DNA of 55,870 nt from a bacterium (GTDB lineage Bacteria > SZUA-182 > DTGQ01 > JAFGSM01), in assembly GCA_049472355.1 (NCBI GenBank), contig JBLIRP010000011.1, forward strand, positions 1-55,870, in the 5' to 3' direction. Shown in pieces: positions 16,448 through 25,051 of the stretch. The translations under genes and the position numbers were made by a program. The notes beneath the pieces are model-generated. The model was not told the DNA's origin and searched no databases. It saw only the letters and a program-made list of their open reading frames with translations. How positions within the stretch are numbered: position 1 is the first letter of the stretch; each line of letters starts with the position of its first letter.

Positions 16448-17344
16448 TTAATCGGGGAAGTCCATGTCCTGTTCCATGTTATGGTGAAATCGCCGCTCCC
16501 ATCTTCTCACCTCCTCCATTCTTCCCGAATCGAGGAACCTCGCATAGATGGGATCTTTTTTCCCGAGCGGCTCGTTCAGCAGCCCCGTCTCAATGCGCGA
16601 CATGGCCTCGATCGATTTATCGCACACCGGGTAGAGCCGGTCATCAAGCCTGATGACGAAATCCAAATATACCGGAGAGATATTGTTGATATCCACCAGC
16701 TTGATATCCCCGGAGGGGGTGAGGATGAGATTCCCTATGCCTGCAAGGTCAGGGACATAATGTGCCTCCATGATCATCCTCTTGAGGGAGCACAGAAACT
16801 CCCGTGCCTTTTCCCGAATACATGCGACCCATTCCTGTTCCCTGTCCGCAGCATCCTCCCCCTTTTCATACCCGAGCTCATAGAGAAACGAGATCACCTG
16901 CCTTGAGTCCAAAACACCCCAGGGATCAAGCACGACCCCGGCAACGTATTCCTGCAATCCGCACAGGAGTATCTCCCTTTTTCCCTGCTGTATGAAGTGT
17001 ACGAGAAATTCCTGGGACCTGGCGATGAACCCGGGGGCAAGGTATGACCCGATGATCTTTACCCTGCGCACCTCCTGCCCTGCTTCGTCAAGATCCCTGA
17101 ATCGCGTCTTGAATATCCTCAGCATCCTCCGGGGTGTGGCCCTGGGAAACCGTCGTGTCCCTTCGGTTGCGATCCCCTGCGCCTCGATTCTCACCTCCTC
17201 GGGATGCAACACCTCCATGATATGCGAGCGCAATCCGTCGCGGAAGTGTCTCCTGAAGACATACCCGCAGGGATTCCTGATGAAATTGAGGGCCACAATG
17301 TCCTTGTGGGTCAGATAGGCCTTGTCCCTGATGTCCTCATGCAC
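16448..17344 (-). CDS. Hypothetical protein with protein-kinase-like catalytic motifs
   Basis: 298-aa ORF. LQEYVAG (hinge-like), VPDLAGIGNLIL (catalytic-loop-like) and IKLVDINN (DFG-like). Confidence 0.6.
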   Translation of the reverse strand: MHEDIRDKAYLTHKDIVALNFIRNPCGYVFRRHFRDGLRSHIMEVLHPEEVRIEAQGIATEGTRRFPRATPRRMLRIFKTRFRDLDEAGQEVRRVKIIGSYLAPGFIARSQEFLVHFIQQGKREILLCGLQEYVAGVVLDPWGVLDSRQVISFLYELGYEKGEDAADREQEWVACIREKAREFLCSLKRMIMEAHYVPDLAGIGNLILTPSGDIKLVDINNISPVYLDFVIRLDDRLYPVCDKSIEAMSRIETGLLNEPLGKKDPIYARFLDSGRMEEVRRWERRFHHNMEQDMDFPD

Positions 17345-17406
17345 AAATAACTCGAAAGGGTCTTTTTAATGATGCAATGCCAAACGGTACGGCTTCCTTG
17401 GGCCTG

Positions 17407-19056
17407 TTATGCCGCCATACCCTTTTGCCCCCTATTCACTTCCCTTTCCCTCAGTTCCACCCTCCGTATCTTGCCACTGATGGTTTTCGGCAGTTCCTGC
17501 ACGAATTCAATCTCCTTCGGGTATTTGAAGGGTGCGGTCACCTTCTTTACGTGCTCCTGTAATTCCCTGATGAGTTGTTCGGAGGGGGTATGCGCACTAT
17601 CGAGCACTACGAAGGCCTTGACGATCTGCCCCTTCAGTTTATCCGGGACCCCGACCACCGCAGCCTCGACCACGGCGGGATGCTCTATGAGGGCGCTTTC
17701 GACCTCGAAGGGGCCGATCCGGTATCCCGAACTCTTGATGATGTCGTCCCCCCTGCCCACAAACCAGATATATCCCTCCTTGTCCCGGTACCCCCGGTCT
17801 CCGGTAATGTACCAGTCCCCTTGAAAAACCTGGGCGTTGAGTTCGGTATCTGCATAGTATCCCTTGAAGAGCCCGTTCGGATGGGTTGGTTTCACCTTGA
17901 CTGCGATGTCACCCTCCTGATCGATTCCAACCGGTTTCAGATCTTCATCAAGGATCTCTATGGAAAAAAGCGGGGAGGGCTTCCCCATTGACCCGTATTT
18001 CACCTTCATGCCGGGTAGGGTGGCCACCAATACCACGCTTTCGGTCTGGCCGAACCCCTCGTAGATGTCGAGCCCCACGTGCCGTTTCCATATCTCGATC
18101 ACCTCCGGATTGAGGGGCTCACCAGCGCTCACGCAATGGCGCAATTCGGAAAAATCATATTTTTTCAGATCCTCGAGGATGAGCATCCGGTATGCGGTGG
18201 GCGGTGCGCAAAATGTGGTGACCCCGAATCGCTCGATCAATTCGAGCACCTTGTCCGCCTTGAACCTCCCGTAATCATAGACGAATACCGTAGCCCCCAT
18301 GATCCATTGCCCGAAGATCGCACCCCACGCGATCTTGGCCCATCCCGTATCGGTGATGGTCCAGTGGATGTCGTTGTCCTTGAGATCCTGCCACAATTCG
18401 GCAGTGGACCTGTGGGCGAGGGGATATGAGTGATCATGCAACACGATTTTCGGGTAGCCGGTGGTGCCCGAGGTAAAATACAACAGAAACGGGTCGGTTA
18501 TCCTGGTGTCCCTTTTTTCGCCGAACGAGATGTAGTTTCTCGATGCAGTCTCGATATGCTCCTCAAAATTGATCCATCCCTCCCGGTGATCATTGAGAAC
18601 GACAAGGCTCTCCACGGTGGGAATGTTCGATCGTATCTCCTCGACCTTGCCGGCATTATTCCTGTCGGTGATAATCATCTTTATGTCCGCCTTGTTGCAG
18701 CGATACTCAATGTCACGGGGTCTCAACGAAACGGCGGACGGCACAATGATTCCTCCAATCTTCATAATGCCCACCATGGTAAACCACCATTCAGGGATTC
18801 GCGGAAGCATCACCAGTATTGCGTCCCCCTTGTTGATACCTTCCCCCTGTAAAAAGTTCGCAATCTTGTTTGAATATATCTTGAGTTCCCAAAAGGTGAT
18901 TTTTCTATTGTCTCCATCCTCATTGGTCCATATAAGTGCCAGCTTATTCCTGCTTTTTTCCGCAAGTTCGTCGATGACGTCAAAGGCAAAATTGAAATGC
19001 TCGGGGTAGTTGATCGTGTAATTTTTCTTCAGTGCCTCATAATCCAATTGCTTCAT
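17407..19056 (-). CDS. Acyl-CoA synthetase / AMP-binding protein (ACSM/acetyl-CoA synthetase-like)
   Basis: YFTSGTTGYPK, SAGEPLNPEV, EGFGQTE, TGDR, GRGDDIIKSSGYRIGPFEVES, ELPKTISGKIRR. Start reassigned to ATG 19056 (GGGGAGG RBS). Confidence 0.93.
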   Translation of the reverse strand: MKQLDYEALKKNYTINYPEHFNFAFDVIDELAEKSRNKLALIWTNEDGDNRKITFWELKIYSNKIANFLQGEGINKGDAILVMLPRIPEWWFTMVGIMKIGGIIVPSAVSLRPRDIEYRCNKADIKMIITDRNNAGKVEEIRSNIPTVESLVVLNDHREGWINFEEHIETASRNYISFGEKRDTRITDPFLLYFTSGTTGYPKIVLHDHSYPLAHRSTAELWQDLKDNDIHWTITDTGWAKIAWGAIFGQWIMGATVFVYDYGRFKADKVLELIERFGVTTFCAPPTAYRMLILEDLKKYDFSELRHCVSAGEPLNPEVIEIWKRHVGLDIYEGFGQTESVVLVATLPGMKVKYGSMGKPSPLFSIEILDEDLKPVGIDQEGDIAVKVKPTHPNGLFKGYYADTELNAQVFQGDWYITGDRGYRDKEGYIWFVGRGDDIIKSSGYRIGPFEVESALIEHPAVVEAAVVGVPDKLKGQIVKAFVVLDSAHTPSEQLIRELQEHVKKVTAPFKYPKEIEFVQELPKTISGKIRRVELREREVNRGQKGMAA

Positions 19057-19132
19057 GTCGAAAACCTCCCCTTGACAGGTGATTGTAATAAACATCGCAG
19101 TATATCCCGAGCCGCGTATATTTTCAATATAA

Positions 19133-19190
19133 TCTCCAAGTCCTGTCCCCAAGTCTCCAAGTCCTGTCCCAGTCCCAGTCCGGTCTCCAG
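19133..19190. repeat. Short pyrimidine-rich tandem repeat tract
   Basis: TCTCCAAGTCCTGTCCC at 19133-19149 and 19154-19170, followed by CCAGTC-like units. Confidence 0.75.
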
Positions 19191-19309
19191 TCAGCGCAGT
19201 CTTTCCCTCCCCTTAAAAATATGGCCTCCTGCATCCTGCAATTGTTGTTCTCCCCGGCACAGCGATCGATCGACATGGGACAAGACTTGTAGCGTCATTT
19301 TCTGTTACA

Positions 19310-20128
19310 ATGATGCGAGGTGCACATATGCTCAATGCGGACCATATACTCGCAGAACGCCGGCTGCAGCGGGAAACTCTGGAGGAAATACAAACGGCCG
19401 TCAAGGACCGGCTCATGATTCTCAATCATCCCGAGAATGTGCCGGGGGACTGCGCACTGGCCCGCCTGATCGACCACACCCTCCTGCACCCCTGCGCAGG
19501 CGAGGATGATATCAAACGGTTGTGCCATGAGGCAGTGCACTACCACTTCTGGGCGGTCTGCGTGCATCCCGTTCATATCCGGTTGTGCGCATCCATCCTT
19601 GACGAAACCGGTGTGCGGATATGCACGGTGATCGGTTTCCCCCTCGGGGCGAACACAACCGCCACCAAGGTCTTTGAGGCGAAAGACGCCGAATCGTCAG
19701 GCGCGGACGAGATCGACATGGTCATGAATATCGGGGCCATGAAGGAGCGAAGCCTCCAACGGGTCAGGGATGACATGGCTGCCGTGGTGAATGCAACCTC
19801 AAAAAGGGTGGTCACCAAGGTGATCATTGAAAACGCCTACCTCAGCATGGAGGAAAAGATCATCGGGTGTATACTGGCATGCGATGCCGGGGCCGATTTT
19901 TGTAAGACGTCGACCGGATTTGCCCCAACTGGTGCCACCGTGGAGGACGTTGCCCTGATGCGCCATGTGGTAGGCGAAAAGATGGGAATTAAGGCCGCCG
20001 GCGGGATCAGGGACCGTTTAACCGCCTGCAGAATGGTAGCGGCGGGGGCCGACAGGATAGGGGCCTCATCATCGGTCGGGATCGTCACACAGGCGCCGCT
20101 CAACGGGGAAAGACTGGGGGAAGGTTAA
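19310..20128 (+). CDS. deoC: Deoxyribose-phosphate aldolase (N-terminally extended; start uncertain)
   Basis: IDHTLL, VIGFPLGA, GADEIDMVMN, KVIIE, DFCKTSTGF, IKAAGGIR, RIGASS. Confidence 0.95.
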   Translation: MMRGAHMLNADHILAERRLQRETLEEIQTAVKDRLMILNHPENVPGDCALARLIDHTLLHPCAGEDDIKRLCHEAVHYHFWAVCVHPVHIRLCASILDETGVRICTVIGFPLGANTTATKVFEAKDAESSGADEIDMVMNIGAMKERSLQRVRDDMAAVVNATSKRVVTKVIIENAYLSMEEKIIGCILACDAGADFCKTSTGFAPTGATVEDVALMRHVVGEKMGIKAAGGIRDRLTACRMVAAGADRIGASSSVGIVTQAPLNGERLGEG

Positions 20129-20304
20129 CATCACAACACGATTTGACTCCCTTACCCCCCGCCGGTGCCTTCACCGCCGCATAACCGTTTCAATCCATTG
20201 ATGTTGACATGCCCGCTCCCCGCGGATATAGTGTAACCGTCCTGTCGGTCAATCATTACCGACATTTCTGAGTCATTTCCTTGCGTGGAACCGCCATTGT
20301 CCCT

Positions 20305-20703
20305 ATGGTAACCGGAGTAAAAAGGATACGCCTTGCCGGACATGCCCACACGGATGAGCGAGGCTGGGTCGTCAATCCCATTGATTGGGTTGAGCCCCAT
20401 GAAAGGGGTATGCATAACCTCCATGTTGCCTCGATTGAACCCGGATGCACACGAGGAAATCATTATCACCGGCATTCCACGGAATGGCTGTTTGTATTCG
20501 GAGGCAATGCAACCCTTTACTGGCGAGATCATCAGGACACTTCAATCCACGAAGAGATGGTTACGGAGTCGGAGCCGGGCCTGTTTGAAATCCCCCCTCA
20601 TGTGGAACATGCAATACGGAATACCTCAACGAGGACCATATATCTGATGGCATTCAGGGACGTGGAGGAACAAGACACGGTTCGCACCTCGTATATTTCA
20701 TGA
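20305..20703 (+). CDS. Cupin protein, WxcM/WbjC-like sugar-nucleotide isomerase/epimerase-type domain
   Basis: HTDERG, PGCTRGNHYH...EW, EIPPHVEHAIRN. Start set at ATG 20305. Confidence 0.7.
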   Translation: MVTGVKRIRLAGHAHTDERGWVVNPIDWVEPHERGMHNLHVASIEPGCTRGNHYHRHSTEWLFVFGGNATLYWRDHQDTSIHEEMVTESEPGLFEIPPHVEHAIRNTSTRTIYLMAFRDVEEQDTVRTSYIS

Positions 20704-20844
20704 AAAGGCGGTTGTTATGAAGGCAATCGAACTGAAACAGACGCCCCTCACGGAAAGAAAACAAAGGAAAAATGGATATGCGAAACATCAGTTGATGGAA
20801 ACGGAAAAGGACGAGCGTCTTATTCGGGAGGAGCTTGTAACAGT

Positions 20845-22149
20845 ATGACCCCACGAGGAATCATTGCCAAAAAACGTGATAATCAAAAACTCACCATCGA
20901 AGAAATGGAATACTTTATCGGCGCATACGTAAACGGCACCCTTCCGGACTACCAGATGGCCGCCCTCCTCATGGCCATCTTCCTCAATGGCATGGATGCC
21001 GAAGAGACCGCCTGGCTCACGGAGGTGATGTGTAAGTCAGGCGAGTTTGTCTTCTTGCACGGGACGAACAGGACCTATGTGGACAAGCATTCCACCGGCG
21101 GGGTCGGTGACAAGGTATCCCTGATCCTCGCACCCCTGGTGGCGTCCTGTGGGGCCAAGGTGCCGATGCTCTCCGGTCGTGGTCTGGGGCACACCGGCGG
21201 CACCCTTGACAAGCTCGAATCCATTCCCGGGTTCAGGACTGATCTTTCGGTCAAGGAATTCGAAGACATGGTCGAAATCGTAGGCTGTGTCATCTCCGGG
21301 CAGACCCCCGGCATTGCCCCTGCTGACGGCATGATATATGCCCTTCGCCACAGCACTGCCACCGTGGAATCCATCCCGTTGATATGCGCCTCCATCCTTT
21401 CGAAAAAATGTGCCGCAGGCCCCGGCAGCCTGGTCTTTGACATCAAATGCGGCAACGGCGCATTCATGGAAACGCTGGAGGACGCGGAAAGACTCGCCAA
21501 CGTGCTTCTCGATGTCGGCAGGGCAATGGGAAAAAACGTCACTGCCCTGATCACCGACATGAATCAACCTCTCGGTTATTCAGCGGGCAATATCCTGGAG
21601 GTCAAGGAGGCAATAGAGGCATTGCTCGGCAGAATAAGTCCTGATCTGCGTGTGATTGTCCTTGAATTGGGGGCGGAAATGCTCCTTCTTGCAGGGATCA
21701 CGGATGACCGCGAAAAGGCCGTTTCCCTCCTTACGGAACGGCTCGCGAGTAGGTCGGCATTTTCCAAGTTCGAGGAAATGGTTGCCCGCCAGGGTGGGGA
21801 TCTCACCGTATTCGCCTATCCATCCAGGATACCGACGGCACCGGTGATCGGAAGCTTCGCCTCGCCAAAGGAGGGATACATCCAAGGGTTTGATACCGCC
21901 GGTCTGGGAGAGATGATCGTGGACATGGGCGGCGGGAGAAGGACCAAGGACGATCCCATCAATCCCCTCGTGGGAATGAACCTTCTGAAAAAGACAGGCT
22001 CAGAAGTGTCAGCGGGCGAAGAGGTCATTGAGATACACGCAGACAGCACGGGTCAACTGGCGGAGGCCCGCACACGGCTCGCCTCATTGATACGGATAGG
22101 GCCTGAGAGGATCGAACCGCCCCCTTTGATCAGGAAGAGGATGGCCTGA
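20845..22149 (+). CDS. pdp: Pyrimidine-nucleoside / thymidine phosphorylase
   Basis: DYQMAALLMAI, VDKHSTGGVGDKVS, SGRGLGHTGGTLDKLESIPG, ASILSKK, GNGAFM. Confidence 0.95.
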   Translation: MTPRGIIAKKRDNQKLTIEEMEYFIGAYVNGTLPDYQMAALLMAIFLNGMDAEETAWLTEVMCKSGEFVFLHGTNRTYVDKHSTGGVGDKVSLILAPLVASCGAKVPMLSGRGLGHTGGTLDKLESIPGFRTDLSVKEFEDMVEIVGCVISGQTPGIAPADGMIYALRHSTATVESIPLICASILSKKCAAGPGSLVFDIKCGNGAFMETLEDAERLANVLLDVGRAMGKNVTALITDMNQPLGYSAGNILEVKEAIEALLGRISPDLRVIVLELGAEMLLLAGITDDREKAVSLLTERLASRSAFSKFEEMVARQGGDLTVFAYPSRIPTAPVIGSFASPKEGYIQGFDTAGLGEMIVDMGGGRRTKDDPINPLVGMNLLKKTGSEVSAGEEVIEIHADSTGQLAEARTRLASLIRIGPERIEPPPLIRKRMA

Positions 22150-22277
22150 GTTCTCAGACCCCTTTGATTGGGATGTAAATCCTCAACCGTATGCCCTGCG
22201 AAGAGGAATGCCGGCCATTGCCGGCATCGTTCGACAAATCAAGTGAACCGGTCCATGCATGGAGTGCGCATCGTGAT

Positions 22278-24854
22278 ATGAGCGGCATTGGGGAACGCAT
22301 CATCGAGGTCTCCCATCGTCAGGGTGAAAAGCAGGCATTCATATTCCATGAAAGGGGCGAGGAACAGTCCCTGTCCTATAACGGATTCCGGCGGTTGATA
22401 GCCGGCTTTTCAGCCGCCATCCAATCGACAGGGATTCCGCCCCACAGTCGCGTATTTCTGGTCGGTGAAAATTCTCCCCGATGGCCTGCCGCGTACCTGG
22501 CGGCCCACCTGTGCGGTCATACGGTGATCCATGGGGACGTGCGGTTCACCGAGCGGGAATACGCCGCCATCCTCGATTTTATGTCCCCTGCACTCATCCT
22601 GTGCGGGAAAGGCGTTGAGGACATGTTCAGGAATCGCAGGCCCGTCATCCTTCTTGAAGATATACCCCCTGCCCCCTCCGAACAGGACCCGGACGTGCTC
22701 CCGTTAAAACCCGATCAGCCCATGTCGGTCCTCCTCACCTCGGGCACCACCGGTACCCCCAAGGGGGTGATGCTGAGTGAATCAAATTTTGTGTCCAACC
22801 TGAGGATGTTCGAGGCAATGCATGGACTCATCACATCCAAGGATCGGGTGGTTGCCATACTCCCCTTCCACCATGTGTATCCCTTCACCTGCACGGTCCT
22901 GGCGCCCCTCTATTTCGGTGCCACCCTGATATTACCCGCATCCTTACGGGGAGAGGACATATTCGGGGCAGTCAGACGGCACAACGGCACCATACTCCTT
23001 GCAATACCCAGGGTCCTCGAACTCTTCTGCACCGGGATTGTAAACAAGGTGAGGATGCTTCCCCGGATGAAGCGGTTCGTGTTTCATACCCTCTTCTCCC
23101 TTTCGGGCCTCCTTCGAGACATCGGGATCAGAGGGGGACGTCTCCTGTTCCCCTCCGTGCACCGCAACTTCCCCTCCTTTCGATTCTTCGCGTGCGGAGG
23201 GGCACCCCTCGATACCCGGATACACACCAGGCTTGCCAAGCTGGGATTCATCGTTGTCGAGGCGTACGGCCTGAGCGAGACATCCCCCATCGCCGCCATC
23301 AACGATCCCCGGAATCCGGTGCCCGGCTCCGTTGGACGCGCCGCCCCGGGAGTGGAAATCCGCATCGATTCGGCCGATCCCCAGGCACGAGAGGGCGAAA
23401 TACTGATCAAGGGCCCCAATGTGATGATGGGGTACTACAAGAGACCCGATCTCACCGAAAGGGTCGTCACCGATGGCTGGTTTCACTCCGGGGACCTCGG
23501 ATATCTGGATCGCAGCGGACACCTCTATATAACCGGCCGCAAGGATGAGATGATCGTGCTCTCGAGCGGGAAAAACATCTATCCGGAAGAGCTCGAGAAG
23601 GAATACGCCGACAGCGAGAAGATACAGGAGATCTGTATCACCCTCCTCAAGGAAGGGGAAAGGGAATCCCTTACCGCGGTGGTGTACCCCAACCGCGACT
23701 ACTTTATCCGGAACAAAAACGCCAATGTATTCCAGGAGATAAAATTCGATATCGAAACGGCCGGCCAGCGCCTCCCGTCCCACAAACGGGTCTCCCGTAT
23801 CGAACTTGTTGATAAGGAGCTTCCCAGGACCTCACTCGGCAAGATCAAACGCTATACAATCCCCCAGATGATCGCCCGGAGGGAAAGGCCGCAGAAACAG
23901 ACCCGTGAAGAGGCGCACGAAGAGCAGGAGCCCTTTCTCCGCTTTGTGAGGGATTTTTTGAAACTCGATCGGGCCCCCGTGCCCAGGGACAATCTGGAAA
24001 CCGATCTGGGGCTGGATTCCCTTTCCAAGATGGAGTTTTTCGCGGCCGTAGAAAAGAGGTACGGCATACCGATCAGCGATGAGACCGCCTCGGGGTTGTT
24101 CACCTTGAACGATGTGAAGCGGCTTATCCCTGAAGCCTCGACTGCAGCAGGGATGAACAACGAAGGTCTCCTGGAGGATATGATTCCCATCCCCCCTGAT
24201 CCCCCTCTGGAGCATCATGTAAGCACCCGGCAAGGCCCGGTGGGCACCCTTCTGCGTTTCTGTTTCCATCTGCTGTGCAGGATCCTGATGAAGCTGTTCT
24301 TCAACGCCGAACTTCACGGAAAGGAGCATCTGGAGGCCCTGAATCCACCCTTTGTCATTGCACCCAACCATGCCTCCCTTATCGATTCCCTGGTCATATA
24401 CGGCCTTTTTCCCTTCGGGATCATCAACCGGTGTTTCTTTGTGTCCATTCCCCTGTACTTCGGCATCTTCCCCCTCTCGCTCCTGCGCAGAATCGGACGG
24501 GTCATCCTGACGGGGACATGGGACACCGCCGTCAGATCCCTGCAATATGCCTATCAGGTCCTTCGAACAGGGGGAATCATGTGCGTGTTTCCTGAGGGTG
24601 CACGATCGATCGACGGTACCATCCAGAAGCCCAAGAGGGGTATGGGCAATGTGGCAAAAAAGGCGGGCGCGCCTTTCCTTCCAGTGTATATCGATGGTTC
24701 CATGGCCCTGCTTTCCCGCAAAAACCCCGGGTTCCGAAGGGCTTGTCTCAACGCGCACATCCTCCCGCCCCTGTTTCCCGAGGGCCCCGTCGACGATTTC
24801 CTCGACCGGTGGCAGAAGGAATTGCAGTGCCGCCATGATATGCTTACGCACTGA
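22278..24854 (+). CDS. Long-chain acyl ligase - acyl carrier protein - PlsC acyltransferase fusion
   Basis: LTSGTTGTPKGV, EAYGLSETSP and HSGDLG (adenylation); DLGLDSLSK (phosphopantetheine Ser); APNHASLID and FPEGARS (PlsC). The ORF track starts at 22191; the GGAG RBS favours 22278. Confidence 0.9.
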   Translation: MSGIGERIIEVSHRQGEKQAFIFHERGEEQSLSYNGFRRLIAGFSAAIQSTGIPPHSRVFLVGENSPRWPAAYLAAHLCGHTVIHGDVRFTEREYAAILDFMSPALILCGKGVEDMFRNRRPVILLEDIPPAPSEQDPDVLPLKPDQPMSVLLTSGTTGTPKGVMLSESNFVSNLRMFEAMHGLITSKDRVVAILPFHHVYPFTCTVLAPLYFGATLILPASLRGEDIFGAVRRHNGTILLAIPRVLELFCTGIVNKVRMLPRMKRFVFHTLFSLSGLLRDIGIRGGRLLFPSVHRNFPSFRFFACGGAPLDTRIHTRLAKLGFIVVEAYGLSETSPIAAINDPRNPVPGSVGRAAPGVEIRIDSADPQAREGEILIKGPNVMMGYYKRPDLTERVVTDGWFHSGDLGYLDRSGHLYITGRKDEMIVLSSGKNIYPEELEKEYADSEKIQEICITLLKEGERESLTAVVYPNRDYFIRNKNANVFQEIKFDIETAGQRLPSHKRVSRIELVDKELPRTSLGKIKRYTIPQMIARRERPQKQTREEAHEEQEPFLRFVRDFLKLDRAPVPRDNLETDLGLDSLSKMEFFAAVEKRYGIPISDETASGLFTLNDVKRLIPEASTAAGMNNEGLLEDMIPIPPDPPLEHHVSTRQGPVGTLLRFCFHLLCRILMKLFFNAELHGKEHLEALNPPFVIAPNHASLIDSLVIYGLFPFGIINRCFFVSIPLYFGIFPLSLLRRIGRVILTGTWDTAVRSLQYAYQVLRTGGIMCVFPEGARSIDGTIQKPKRGMGNVAKKAGAPFLPVYIDGSMALLSRKNPGFRRACLNAHILPPLFPEGPVDDFLDRWQKELQCRHDMLTH

Positions 24855-25051
24855 CCGGGGAGGAAAAATGCCCCGAACTATTGAGGAAAGGCTCCCTGCC
24901 TGCAAAGGAAAGACCATGAACGGGTGCCTTACCACACCAGAAATGCGGAGAAAATCCTCATGGCCTTTCGGGCCAACACGAAGCATGAAAATCTATTTTC
25001 GAAGCAAACCCTCAATTCAAGACCTGACCCCAAGCCACCATACGGAGAAAA

